This document shows, in pieces, positions 12,601-27,600 of a DNA stretch of 64,000 nucleotides; position 1 is the stretch's first letter; each line of letters begins with the position of its first letter. Source of the stretch: Botryllus schlosseri (Eukaryota). A program made the position numbers and the translations under genes. The notes below the pieces were generated by a model. The model made no database searches and was not told where the DNA came from. It saw only the letters and a list, made by a program, of their open reading frames with translations. The DNA lies in NCBI GenBank assembly GCA_051294905.1, contig CM119384.1, forward strand, positions 11,780,001 through 11,844,000. The letters are read 5' to 3'.

Positions 12601-15600
12601 TCGTGATGTGATTGTAACATGCGGGAACGGTCAAACTTATACAGCGTTGTCAGACTTCCGTCATCATGCAGATGTCACTCCTGAAATCCACGATATCTCT
12701 CCGACTGAAGGTACCGTGATCATATGTGTGCAAGACGCAGTCAGGTCTAAGACACAAGTAAATGTTCAAATGTCTTATGCCCTTCTAGATTATGTGCTGT
12801 GCATATTTTACTGTTTGTGATTGCTTCACTAGACATTATTAGAGTCAATGCATGCAATGTATTATACAAATTACTGCCATAGATGTAAAAAATTTACTTG
12901 AAGATATATATGAAATTTGGTAAATATTTATGATAATGTCATTAGGTAGATGCTTCAGATTTCTTCTGCATACATTATAGAAAGTATGCTTTGAAAAGTG
13001 TTCCATGGCGGTGGTACTGATCAAACTAACTTAAATTTGCAGGCGCGGCTGGATCATCGGTCACCATAAATGGCGCTCTCTTCGACCCAAGCAACATGAA
13101 AGTGATGATTGGTGATGTCGAGTGCTCAATCACAGCTGGAGCTGATACTCAGGTATTGAGTTAGCATAAACATATTTGAGGGAACCCAATTTATATCAAT
13201 CCTTGCCAAAGTACGACCTTGCAGACTCATGTCTAAAACTGAATATCATGTAAAACCTAGCCTAACTAAGTTGTGTCCTTTAGCAAATGATGAGCATTTC
13301 CACTTAACATTACTTTCACGGGGTTTCTTATGCGTCACTATTACTGACAGCCATCTGATATGATTAGTTAATGCTCCAGAGATCTTGGGTTAGGTTCCCA
13401 TCAGCGAATCCACCTGCTGGTAAGCAAAATCAGTGCACGTCTCAAGCCAGAGTAAATGGGTAGGGTTGTAACGGGACGAGTATCCGGCATATAACTTCAG
13501 TCAAATCTTTTTGTGAACACTTGATCACCCTCTCCCTCTGGCAAACCCACAATTTTGAGAAGTCAAAAGACTCTCTTTCTATCTGTTTTATGCTTCATTT
13601 TCACTGACTAACAGCCATTTCTTTGCATTATAGATGTTGTGGTGAATACTACCCTTGTTTTACCTTCCTAGATTACCTGTGTACTGCAAGAGCATGCTGG
13701 TGGGGAATATCCGGTTACTGCCAACGTCATACCCTTCGGAAATGCTGAAAGCAACGTTTACTTCAACTACTCATACACTGTCTCAAACACAAGTCCTGAC
13801 CAAGGTCGGTGATGCATCAAAGCATATATCTAGTGTATTGGGTCAATGGTTAATGGAAAAAATGTCATTATGCATTTGTGATTTGGATTCAGCCAGATAG
13901 CAGTAATGCTATATTATCATATATGTAATGTATGTTGAACCTCTCCTGTAGTTCAAAAAAAATTGTCGGTATTGGTTCACAGCATTATCCTATTTCATAG
14001 TTATTTACATATAATATTCCTGTGATTGTAATATTTAGAAGTCCATACGATTCATTCCAATTTGCAGGAAGCTTTGCCGGTGGAAACCTTTTAACCTTGA
14101 CTGGAACAGGATTCAGCGGCAATGCCATGGTGTATATCTGTGATAGCCTTTGTGATCATGGGAATAATACGGAAGGAACCAGTTCCAGTTATAGCGAAAT
14201 TATCTGTAAAGTACCAAGTAAGAGGAATATGCTTTGGGAATTAGATTACCAGGTTACCAAGTGATATGATTAAGATTTTACCGCATATAACCTACTATAC
14301 AAGACACACTGGGTTGACTAAACCAGAGCTTGGTATTTCGAAATTTGAACTTTAGTCTGATTCAATCAGAGTGTAGGAAAATAATGTATAGGTATTTCCA
14401 AACAATGCACAATGTTTAAAAATTATATCTGTTTAGTAAAGATGTTACAATTGCAGTGATGCCTGAAGACACTTCCATCGACAAAGTTTGTGATGTCACA
14501 GTTTCCGTAAATGACCAGTCCATCGTCGTCAGCAACAGTTACACTTATGCTTCCGACCGAACCCCAAAAGTCACCGCCATATCTCCCACAAGAGGTGGGA
14601 CACAAGGTGGTACCACCGTCACTATCACAGGAACTTTGTTTGACTCCGACATGAACAATGTAATCCGTTTCTTTATTTGACTTTGTATTGTTCATTGCAT
14701 GAGATTTGATATTCAGGTTAATGTGGAAATTGGCGGGGTGGTATGCGATTTGGTTTCGGTCACTGTCGCTGAAATACGATGCACAACCAATGCGATAGGA
14801 CACAGCCTCAAAGCAGATGTATTGGTCACAATTGCGGGGAAAGGGAAAGCTTTGACTGATGTTCAGTTCTATTATATAGGTAGGTGCATGATTTTTGGAC
14901 CTATCGTCGAATCTAGTATGAAGTTCTTCATGCGTGACTCTATCATCAAACTTTATTTGTTGCATAATAATTCTAACGGTATTCCTGCCAAGGTATGATA
15001 TGATATGAGTACTCATATGCACAGTTTCGACTGTCTTTTATATCTGATTCTTCTCTAGCTATACATGACTGTGAATGATGATATCAGAGCGACGATTGAA
15101 TTTACTTGCATAACTCAATATTTTTGTATTGTTTTTGTTGTAACAAGTATGACTTCAACATAAATAATTTCTATAATGTACTGATATAAAGAATACATCT
15201 CTTTAAAAAATCTGATGTACATATGAAGAATATTGGAATATAGCACATTTTAGTAATTACGGTTCGATACAGTACCTATATTTCCATTTTATACCATTTG
15301 TAGTCGATTAGGATATCAGTGATTAATCGTGGCTTGGAGTATTTGCCACAAAAGTACATTTGAAAATTATTGTACCAGATGTTTGGTCATCTCAATACAC
15401 TTGGGGCGGCAATCCTCCTCCGCAAGAAGGGGAATTCGTCGTGGTTCCAGCATCGCAGACATTGCTCATCGACGAAGACACGCCAGTCTTGAAAATGATC
15501 CTGATTCAAGGAGGGACTGTCATATTTGACGAGAAGGATATCCATCTGCAGACTGAGAATATCCTCATCACTGACGGCGGAGTGCTTCAGGTAATCCTAG

Positions 15601-18600
15601 AAATATCTAACTTGCCAGGGTTGCTTTTTGTGTCAGGCTTCAAGGGCGCTGCTTCCATTTCATTCATTTTTTCAAATTTCGTAATGCTTTTTAAACTGGA
15701 CTAACATCAACACTGCGTTGACCAGCTACCAGTCATTTTCAGAGGCGGTCAAAGTGGTTATTGTGAGTCACTTGTAAAGGTAATGCAAACATTTCCCGAA
15801 ACTACTTTCTTATTAATGAAGTAAATAGTAGTAAGAAGTAAGTAGAGGAGTATAAGTGGACGTAGTCTAAATCATAACCACTTGGATAAGTATTGCAAGT
15901 CGACAAATCCTCTTTGTTACTGGCCACCTCTGGTCATCTGTGAACTTGTTTCAAATTACTTTAATCCCAGATTGGAACCGAAGACGCTCCCTTCGAGCAC
16001 AAGGCAATTATCACGTTGCACGGACATCTCAGATCTCGCGAGCTTCCTATTTACGGTACTAAAACCATCGGTGTACGCAACGGTACTTTGGATCTTCACG
16101 GAAAGTGAGTTTTCATCGCATATTCGATAACAGATATCATTTCTCCCATTTCTATCAAGGCACGTACCAATCACATGGACCCATCTTTCCCAAACTGCAG
16201 CTGCCGGCACTGACACCATACATCTCAAACATGCTGTGACGTGGAGCATTGGTGATGAGATTGTTCTTGCGACAACCGGTATAGTAATCTGTGTTCTTTA
16301 GCCAGTATGAAAGTGATGGTTTTACCGGTTTACTAGGTGAATTTTGTAACCTGGTTGGCATACTATTACCTTGTATTATACTGGGAAAGAGCTTCTTTCA
16401 TGCTGCAATAGTATCAATATGCCAGAATTATCGCCGAACTTTCAAAATATATGGGTTTTGAACATGTGATGCAGTCTTGTTCAATAATTTTTTATGAGTA
16501 TAACTTGAGGACTGTATGCTTATCGTTTTTAACTATTTTATTGGCGCTTTGATAAGGTACGTAAACCATTCTCACACCTAGTTGTTGAAATCATACTGAT
16601 TTTTCACCTAGTGGTTTATGAAGAAGTTCATTATATAAATTTGCTGCATTTCCGCTAGCAAGTTGCATACGTTCTGGTTATCCCATTTAGTGACGATAAA
16701 TAATTATAATTTGAAAAGAGTAGAAATTAAAGGATTGCACACCTGTTGTGGTTATTAGAAATTTGACTGACTTATTGCCAAGTGGTTTGCATTGAAGTTT
16801 GCTACCAATAATCCCTAGGTTTCTACTGGCTTTAATAAACATATCAAACCTGTACACAAAGTTCAAAATCAACCAATACATATCTCTGATACTGTTTTAT
16901 TTCCAGGATTGCGTCACACACAACGTGAAAACGAGAAGCATGTCATCAAAGCAGTATCTAATGATGGTACACAGCTGACTTTGGAAAGTTCTTTGAGCTA
17001 CACTCATATATCCGTCAGCGAGAGAATATCTGGTAGGATCCATTATAATCATGCAACTTCCGCTCTGAGATGGCAATCTGATTCAGGTATGGACCTGGAA
17101 ACGCATGGTGAAGTCGGGCTGTTGACCAGAAATATTGTGATACGAGGATCTACTCATATGGAATGGAGTAAAGACAAGATACCGGCTTGTCCTGAAGGGT
17201 TTGATACCGGCGAGTTCAAGCAACAGACCTGCTTTCAGGTGGGCTTGTTTTTTCCTGGTTGTTTCCTCAATATAAAGAGAAATGGCTTATTTTTACAATT
17301 GGAATATCAAAGGTTATTATCATTGTTACCAATTCAAGACACCAGCACATTGGTATACAATCAAAAGATACTGAGGTTAAGTGCTTAATCTGGAAGTTAC
17401 TGAACAAAAATTTGATATAATATAAGAACTGATTGCATTAGCTTGAGAATATTTCATCCAGTATTTCTGTGCTTAAAGGGGCACTGCACTCTAAAAATGA
17501 TGTGGTCTAGAATTGAAGGGTAAAACGAAAGAAAAATTTTAACCGCAGCCGTTTTCTTCAGAACGCCACCGTAATTTCCACAGATGCATCACGCTCCAGC
17601 AGTCACGCAGAGATCGAACTTTATATAGTTGTCAGCCTATGTTATAAAGGAAATAGAACAGTGCTCTTCAACCTTTTTCGACGTGGTACACCCTTTTAAC
17701 TCGTACACCCCTGTTCATTAGGGGTCTTCAAAAATGAATTTTTTTCTCAAATCGTACTTGGTACTTGACAAAATTGTTAGGTTACCTAACTTAAGCCTAC
17801 ACACCAAATTTGGTTCAATTCCAACCAGTAGCCGCATTGCTTCGGGAGAAGAAAGTTTCTGTTTATTATATAAAGTAAATAACGAAAAATTTGAAATTTT
17901 TCTGTTCACCCATGAAAGTATTAGGTTGTCTATAAAAACGATGTTCTTCAAATTTGGTTCAATTCCAACCAGTAGAAGTGGAGTTATTGCCGTCAAAGAA
18001 TTTGGATTTGAATAAAATTGTATTTGGTCACAGAGTCTATTCGCAGTCAGTTAAGCCGCCCGCCACGCAAATTGGAATTTATTGCGTGTCAGCCCAAAAA
18101 CAGCATGACATTACGAATGATAATCAACCTAAATGTAACAGTATTCGGGCTGGAGAGTAGGTAAAGTTACTGCTGCAGAAGCGGTAATTCAGATCAGTGA
18201 TGATAGCAGGCGCACCAGCCTACTGTGTATCAGGCCTGCCCCACACCACACACAGTCGATAGTAGCACTTGGGCTGCAAGAGATGTCAGTAACCTCAGAT
18301 CGTATGCCGCTATACACAGCTATTGTCGCTAATTTGCATCACTAATAACAAAATACTGAATTGCAAATGCATGGCGAAATATTGGACATAAAATCGGCAT
18401 TTAAAATAAAAGGGTTTCGATTTCAACATGGAAGCTGTTTCGACCCTGGCTGGCTACGTCACTTCATTTATGTGCATTGCGGTATTTATTAACGTCGGGT
18501 AGGAAGTGCCGATTCAAGAAGTCTGAGCTATCGCGGCGGTTTCCTCAAAAATCACTAAAAGACAAATGACTAGCTGAACACATGTTTGTTAACTGCATAC

Positions 18601-21600
18601 TTTCCAACGCCAAATGGAGCCATTGGTCTATTGCCGACGGCTATATGAATAGGAGAAATATTTGCTTATGACATCACAATGAAGCGGTGTACAGTACTTG
18701 AGATAACATCGTACCATATTGCTCATTAACCTGTGCGTCAACCTGTACTGGCCCATAAACCTGCCTTTGTGATAGCTAGCCATCGGCTCATTGTAATTCG
18801 GATCTGGTACACCCCTGTACACCCCATCCGAGTGATACACCCTTTGCAAATTCTGGTACGACAACGCCGGTTGAAGATCACTGAAATAGTATACACTAAG
18901 CCCGATTTTGACATAAATCTCCTGACTGGACATCTTCCGATGAACGCCGTATCTAAACCACCTTGGTGTGTACGACATATTTCCTTCATAACATCGGCTG
19001 ACAACTATATTAAGTTCGATCTCTGCGTGACTGCTGGAGCGTGATGCATCTGTGGAAATTTTAATACATTACAGCTCCATTACGGTGGCGTTCTGAAGAA
19101 AACGGCTGCAGCCAAAAGTTTTCTTTCGTTTTGCCCTTAAATTTGAGACCACATCATTTTTAGAGTGCAGTGCCCCTTAAAGGCTATCTCATAAACCATA
19201 ACATATCAACATAGGGACGATTTGGCGAAGAAGAAGGATCAGATCAATTCGGAGCTCAAATCATGATCCACCATAGAGCTCCGGGACTTGATATTGCGAG
19301 GGCTAGAATCGAGTATGTGGAATTGACGAACATGGGTCAGGCGTTCCGTCTTGGAAGATATCCGATCCACTTTCATCTTTTGGGCGATGTCAACTTTAAC
19401 AACTACGTTCGGGGATGCGCCATTCACAAGAGTTTCAACAGGTGAAATTTCTATTCTATTTTCTTCTGTGTTATCATTAAAACTAAACATCACAATATAT
19501 CACATAATGTGGATACATGATTAGTGTAATGATGACTGAATCGGCTCTATGTTCACAAGTTGGTTATGGAATCAACAATTGCTGCGTAAAGGCATTTAAT
19601 GTTGTTCTTTTGCTTTGCAGAGCAATCACCATCCACAACACTCACCATCTTCTGATTGAACACAACGTCGTTTACGACATTATGGGCGGAGCGGTCTTTA
19701 TCGAAGACGGCATTGAGCACGGAAACAAGATCGAATATAATCTCGTTGTGTTTTGCAAGCAGAGTACATCGTTACAAAATGACGATATTACTCCAGCTGC
19801 CTTTTGGGTCACCAACCCCAACAACACATTGCAGCATAACGCAGCGGCGGGTATGAATTGGTCAGCTTTTACAAGATATTGGTAGCAACTAGCATACATA
19901 ATTATTCGAGTTCTGCACACAGAGCATTTACTTCTATGTAGTGCGAGTTATTTTTCTTTGTGGAGATTTTGGAGTTCTCAGATTTGTTCATCCCGTTTTT
20001 TCCATTGTTCACAAATATTATAACATGTGCATAATCAACAAAGACGAGGATGAAATTAATCTCAATTCATCAAAATTTCTGCATGACACAGTAGATAAAT
20101 ATTGGTCCTTGAACATAATTGCTTGGAAACCTAATTACAAGTTATACACATTTGCTATTCTATCTTAGGGTCCTTATTTCGTGTGTCTCATGTGAACTTC
20201 TTTACAAAATGAACACCAAATTTTAAATATGTCTTTTGCATGGATGTGTCTGATACTGCGCTTGTGTAATCTGAGGTGAAAATATTTTTAATTTATCCTT
20301 AAAATGTTTGTGCAATTCGGAAAAATATTTATTTAGATTCTTTTTCAGCCACTATTTGTATGTGTGCTGATATTTCCCTTCTCCCAATATTATTTTTGAC
20401 ACCGATGGATGAGATATATGGTACTTGTCGATAGAAGACTCTCAATACTAATTTATAGGTGGAACTCATTTCGGATTTTGGTATCGAATCCACGCGACAC
20501 CTGATGGACCGTCCGCAGATCCAAATATTTGTCAACAACTTCATCCTCTTCAGAAGTTCGCTAACAATACTGTTCACAGTCAGGGATGGTTTGGCCTCTG
20601 GGTTTTTCAGGTAAGTGTGGCCGTATTCTTTTTGTAAGTACTATTTCTGACAGACTTCATTGTTAACTTGTCAAAAAATTCTCAATAAGTGTTCAGTTCA
20701 CTTACTAGCATAAGTAGCCAGAAGAGAAATCGAAGTTACTGGACAGAATTGTAATTGATGCTATAAGCGTAAATCCCCATATAAGCAATTTCAAAGTTTG
20801 CCCTAATAATTCCGACTAAATTGCATTCTTATTTTTTAATATCCGAAATGAATATTTGAAAAAGGTAGTTTGGCACGTGCATGACACTCAGCAAGCTGTG
20901 TTTCCCAATCACCGTCAGGAACTTGTAACATTTCAATATCAATATCACTAATATCACTTGAAGACTGAGTATTTTAAGTAATGTATATGGTTCGTTCTTG
21001 ATATACTGAAAGAATATCAATCAATATTTGTTATACTAGAAATATTTTCCGCGTGGCGATGGATCGTGTGGTTCTACGACACCAACAATAGCGCGATTTG
21101 ATTCCATGTCAGTGTGGAACTGCGAAAAAGGCACAGAACTTGTGAATGTTGGTGCAATACAGGTGAAATTTCTTTACATTCCAATATTGAAGTCGAGTTA
21201 TCGATGATGGCAGTGTGTCTCAGCTGGTGTATTCGAATTGATTAACTAGTTCACTGAACTACTGACTTGTGCTCCGAGCACGGCTAATATTTTGTGTTTC
21301 ATTAAACTGTTATTATCAAAACTGATTTTGAATATTTTGTTTCAATATGTTTAATGGTTCATGAGTATGAGGAGTATCAATATTCTTTATCTACAACTAT
21401 ATAATGTCGTTTGTTACAGTAATTTCTTGTGTTTGAAAATCAAAGGATTTGTGTCTCTTTTATGCTGAACATTCAAAATGTGAATACTATTTTATTCTGT
21501 GTTCGTTGAGGGCATGTGCAAGAATATTATGTACAAAAAACTATTCGGGGTATGTGGATTTGGGCCAGTTTTAAATCATAATAATACAGTGTTGGGGTAC

Positions 21601-24600
21601 AGTTGTACACTCTTTTTAATCTCTCTTAATTTCAGTTTTGGAATTTTGTAATGTATCACAACGAAAAAGCTGGCATAGAAACCAAACTTATCGACGACAA
21701 AGAGGTGAAATTCGGTCAAGCCGGTACCTACAACTCCACTATCATAGCTTACACTGCTGGGCTAAATGAAGGTAAGTGTTCCGATGCTTATAGACACAGT
21801 TTGGAATTCGCAAATCCTAACTTGTCCTGTACAAAACAGATTTCACAAGACAAGGGATGATATTGCCATTCACTGAAGGATATGAAGTCATAGACACGGA
21901 GTTTGTTAACTTCGATAGACAGGGAAGTGCCGCGATTGGCGTGACTTCGATTGATGGTACATGCAGTGTTCTTTGTGGTGGGTGGGAAGCGCAATTCTCT
22001 GGAATCACGTTTGAGAACTCTGCAAACAAAGCTGCTTTCAGGTGCTGATTCTGCTTCTATTATATAATAACATGATAGATGATTTATCTTATCCTATATA
22101 GGCATTCAAATATTCAATTTCCGTCATATAATATTACTAGTGTATCAAGCTATAAATTGTTATGGTCAGATAGGTGTCCTCAATTTGCTCTGTAGTTGTA
22201 GATTGTAGTGATGGTATGATATCTTGTATTGCTTTCTGAAATTACATCCCGCACAGTACAAACTGATGACCTGAAGTGTTTAATATAAAGAACCTGACAA
22301 ATTTCACATCAATTCACATTTCAAAATATATGCCTCTGATACAATGCAATAAGATATGTAGCAATTTATTATCACTATCTCCCATCAATCATATCATGAC
22401 TCACAATGATTGTCAAACCAAGAGAATATTGGTACTCAAATTTTGACAAAGTGTCTTGTAACTGATGCTTATTTTCAAGATGGGAACATGAAGTAATCCT
22501 AAGAGATATGGACGGCTCACTATCTGGTACCGCTGGATCACTAATAACTCCGTACAATCCAAGTTTGCCATCATCGTGTACTGAAATAGAGGGTTTTGGC
22601 TCGGGAGAATTTCGAGGTGAAGTTTCTGTGTTAGGACGTTTTGAATGCGTTTTCATACTGTTTAAATTGCAGGAATGAAGTGTGATAACATCAAGAAATT
22701 CCATCGCGTGTCGTGGAACAATCCATTACCGACTTCGCTTCAAGAAAAGAACGTACTACTTTCGATAGGAAATGGCTCGTCTTCTGTACCATTCAGGTAG
22801 GGGGCATCAGATGTCTTATCAACTGAGATGGTCGAAGTATACACCAATTTCAACTCAGTTATGAGCAAAAGCAACAACTTCCAAGACATGTTAAAAATAC
22901 TTCAAGTGAAATTAGGAACGGAATGTCAGATATTTGCTTATTTAGTCGAGGGCCGTACACTGTTGCATCTGATTGAAGGTAGTTACTTCCAAAATTGGAG
23001 GGTGCATTTTGCGACACACTCGAACTGACTGATGACTAGGGCAAGTTTTTATTGCAGTCTAATCCGTGGATAGTTGCACTTATTTTTCACAAAAGTTGCA
23101 TTTAATTTTCACAAAAGTTGAATTTATGTTCCTTGAAATTATTAGGATATGAGATACTCAAATCGTTCCGTATCAAAGACACTGTAGCAAAACTCAATGT
23201 CGGCGACTTCAACAAAATCAATAGCCTGAAAAAATTGACCCAGTGGAAATATAATTTTTGGCCGATTAGCGTGAATGTACGTCAAATCAGAAAAAACCTC
23301 AAGTTTAAACGACGGTGAAATAATCGTGCGATCTATTGACATATAGTGCCAAATATTTCCAGTAAAGAGTTGGTTGCATAAAAAATCGAAGAAAATGAAG
23401 AAAAGTTGCAACATAATATTACTCCAAACAGCTTGAAACACCATACTGCATAACTTCTGAGTATTTAGGAAGCTTCTGGGAGTTGTAAAAAAAAGTTGCA
23501 AAAACTTGCCCCAATTATGACACTACAAACAGGTGCAATTTTCGAAAATATATTCATTTACTGTGAGACAAGGGCTATTTCGCCCAGTTATGACAATTTC
23601 ATTCATGATAATATGCTGTGGTATTTAGTTTCGCCAGAACGTAAGTGATACTGAATGTAGTGTAAAAACATAAATACTGGAGTATGCTTCAGGCAAAATG
23701 AATTACCTAGCAGGCCACTAAAAACCTGCTTGCGGCCAACATGTGGCCCTCGTGCCACGGGTTCGTTGCTCCTGCTGTATAAGAAGAGGTACTTCATTGC
23801 TAACCACCCTAGTTTACCACAACATAATCAACCACGAAAGCAGCGAGATGGATCTCAGTGTATCTAATTGATAAACAGGAAGAAGAGACTGACACATCCG
23901 TTTGGCTGGATGTCGACCATGGCCGATGGAGAAACGTACCAGTGGACTTTCGAGCATGCCGACCAACTTACCAACATCTCTTACGAGGCTGGATACTATA
24001 ACTTTGGGGTTGGTATTTGCTGGCAAATTTTTGACTGAGACTATCACGTGAATGCAGAGTTTTGCCCATTATTATATTCCATCTACTTCTACTATTGTAC
24101 CAATGATCACCACTTTGACATCTTTTGGTCTGTTATTTCAGGTTAAAATCAGATTTAGAGCTGCTAATTTGTTTTTGCAGGAGGACGATTGCGTGATTGT
24201 GTCCCATAATTTGACACAGAAGCCTGACAAGTTTGTCATAGCCGGTGACACCAATGATGATTATGCTCAATCTAACATGGTTACGTGTGAAAATAACTAT
24301 CATGGCGATTATTACTTTGATACTGGCACTTTCAATCTGTATTATGTCGGTATGTCATAAAGCTTTGTGTCATATTGAATTTCGTATTTCATGTGTATTG
24401 TGTATTTCCAGTATCTGGTAGAGATCGAGTATTTGAACAATCTTCGCGCAAGAAACGCGCGATCCATCCTAACGCTGCAACTCCCGGAGCTAAGAATAGA
24501 CCTGTGAACTTTAGGGTTTACAGATGCTTTTATCTGGTGAATATCATTTCATTGTTGATTTTGGGTCAGGATAAGCTGAATTTTCTATATCAAACACTAC

Positions 24601-27600
24601 AGTGTTTAGAAGGGTATTTTGATTTGTACTTATGATAATATATAAAACCTTAAAAAGCACCAAATATACACATTTTATGGTGTCAAACTTGCATGTAAAC
24701 TCTACATACCAAACATGATAATAAGATACATTTGCCAACAGGACTGCATTCCGCCACCAGACCCCAACTCTCAACCCCCGGCCCGCGTTCGGCCCGACAC
24801 GTTTCAGTTGTGGCACACGGCGTCTCACTGGAAAATTAACGAAAATGATGAATATGCCGCATCTGCTGCAGACGATGGAATCATAACAATTCCTCCTGAT
24901 AATAAAGATATCAGAATAGAACAGGGTATTTTAAGATATGAATTTTTGCAAACATGGACATCATTCATCGTTTTCCATGCAGGTACATGGATGGTTGTGA
25001 AGCAAAGTCTACCGAAAATGAATAAATTGTGGATTGAAGGTGTATTGGAAATTGAATGGAATGACCCTTCTCTTACTGTGGCTTTGAGTGCTACTCATAT
25101 CATGATAATGGTATGATAATGGTTAAACCTATGACAAGTGTTTTTCTTAGCTGAATGACAGCACTTAACTTGATTCATGTTGTTCGTATCATTAATATAT
25201 TCAATCGTAGGGTGGTCGTTTGATTGTCGGATGGGAAGATTCTGCATTCCGGGGGCTAGCAAATATTGTCCTCCGAGGAAATCACAATACTCAGGATGTT
25301 GTTCTTAATGGCGGAGTTGTGCTCGGTTCGAAGGCAATAGGTGAGACTCTTTTTATGACTGTTTTAATCACTGTAACTTTGCTGCATTGAGATTACCAGA
25401 TAACTATGAGTGTGATTTCTACTTGAATTATATTTAAAATGATACCAATTATTATTACTTGAATCAGATACCAAGTTTTTCATGTCAAACTTCACTGGTT
25501 AAGAGAGATGTGATTTAGAAGTTGAAGGATAGGTTTGCCATGTGAAGCTTGAGGATTGTTTCCAAACCTAGTGTCTAAAGAGACCTGCGGCTTTCAACCA
25601 TGTAACCTGTATGTGTGAATACTTTTGAATTTGATACACAGACATTGGTTGTAGTTAGATATTACGAAACTATAATATGGAGATGTGTAATTTAGACTCC
25701 TGTTTGTTTTTTTTTGTTTTCTGATCTCTAACTACTGCTAAATTGTATTTGCACTGAATTTCTAATTGTTTCATGATGCTGTGTGTTGATGTTCTTTTGG
25801 TTACAAACTTTTTATTTTTTATATATTTTTATTAGTTATTAACTGTGATAATTGCTTCTGTCCTGGGTGGCTTGGCTGTGAAGACTTTGTCACATCAAGC
25901 CTCCCGTCTACCTTGCATGGTTGGATGAAAATATAAAGACTCTCTCTATCTCTCTCTAATTTCACTGTGTTGTATCTTTTTTGTGTGCAGTTGGTTTGTA
26001 ATGTGGACGAATAAAGATCTTCTCTCTTTTCTCTCTCTCTTAGAACCATGTGTTCAACTATATATTTGCCAGGTGTGATTGGTGGTCTCGACTTACACGG
26101 AAAGAAGAGGAGTCCCCTGACAACTCATCTCGCAAGTCAGTTAACTGCTGGACAAAGCACAATTACCCTGGAAGATACTCCGTTCGACTGGGAAGAGGGT
26201 AATTGAATGTTCTCTACTGATGTATGCATAAATGTGGCCAGAATGTGCAGTAATCTTCTTTAATGAATTAAAGTTGGAGACCTGATAGTGATATCATGAA
26301 AAGTGATGCCACATTTCCCGGAAATGTTCAAAAGTACCATTCAAAATTGCTTTTGGCATCTTACTTGACCGTGTCATGTTGCATAACATATATTCTACGT
26401 ACATTGCAGGTGACGAAATTGTGATTGCTGGCACTGGCGCTGATCCATGGGAGACGGAAACATTTAAAGTTTCGTCTATCGTCGGAAATGTTGTGACATT
26501 GAACGATTCAGCGAGATTTGACCATATAGGTAAATCAGTCGTCAACTGACGTTAGTTTTAGCCTGTTATGACGTCAAATCTTCATAGGAAAGTAATGGTT
26601 CAAACCCTTACCTTGAACCTTTCCAATTTACGATATAGCTTATTTTTTGTTCCTGAATGATGCTAATTCTTCATGGTAATGACAATATTCTCTTTGTATT
26701 ATCACATTTATTCAATCATTATTTTGGATGCAAATTTTGATTTCTGCAGCTGAAAGTTTCTCCCACAATGTCGCGGGTTCAGGGCCGAGTTCTTATGATA
26801 TCCGTGCCGAGGTTAGCATCCTAACTAGAAATGTCAAGATAATCGGCGAAGAATATGAAGATCTAATATCGGAATCGTTTGGTGCCCGCGTACTCGTGGC
26901 TGGCGTTGGAGATGCAAGGTTTGATACTACTATATCCAGTGACATAAGATAGTAAACCAATACCATTATTTCCCCTTGCAGAGGTTATGCCCGAATTTCG
27001 AATGTTGAATTTTTCCACACCGGTCAAGAAGGATGGATCGATAATTATGACCCGAGATATTCGCTTGCGTTTCTCAACTCAGGTTCGTGCCTCCATCGGT
27101 CAAATTCATACCATGCTAAGCCGCTAAAATTTTCTGCTGTGGCAGAGGAAATAACTTAACGTTATGGCTTATTTGCTAATTTTTAGAAATCATTGCACTA
27201 AACTTTTTATGACATTCAAATTTTATGCTAAGTTTCAATAAGAAGTAAATTATTAGTACACTTATAAGAATGGGATGAAGTATATTTTGTCCTTGATGTT
27301 TTTGTGGCATATACACTGCTCATGATATACATATACACGATTTGTGCATATGCCTCTGGACAAGAAAGGTGCAGAAATAGACTTGGAAAGCCTTGAACCA
27401 CCCCTCCATGCCATTCTTTAAACGATGACCGCTAAGCGGGGGAGCCATGGATACCAGTTTTACTAATCAGGTCTGAGTCTGACCTGGCTGGGGATTGAGC
27501 CCACGACCTACCGACTAAGAAGCCGGACGCTCTACCATTACACTATTTTGCATACTCATTACCCATTAACAGGCCTCTATTTAGCTTGTTGCGTTAAATA

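Larger units (their letters stand above)
687..14880 (+). other. TIG/IPT repeat-encoding exons of gene 1, including the cupredoxin-like insert at about 3916-5193
   Basis: Repeated units such as ISPTRGGTQGGTTVTITGTLF, VSPLTGSRNGGNTITITGTGF and IGPTKGSLSGGTLLTISG, each followed by V.IG..C.V.S....I.C. The insert reads GYAWDSLVLHVESGDTVTWKW...YSYTFNNEGTYFVSSG. Confidence 0.85.
15379..22041 (+). other. First G8 domain and following parallel beta-helix region of gene 1
   Basis: Exons encoding WSSQYTWGGNPPP...LLIDEDTPVLKMILIQGGTVIFD...ENILITDGGVLQ, HGEVGLLTRNIVIRG, AITIHNTHHLLIEHNVVYDIMGGAVFIEDGIE. Confidence 0.85.

Noticed and set aside
3250-24982. Short in-frame stop-free introns (63, 54 and 57 nt at about 3250, 17033 and 24926) as regulated intron retention
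   Set aside because: A few such cases are expected by chance among dozens of ~60-nt introns, and the inserted peptides would interrupt conserved domains.
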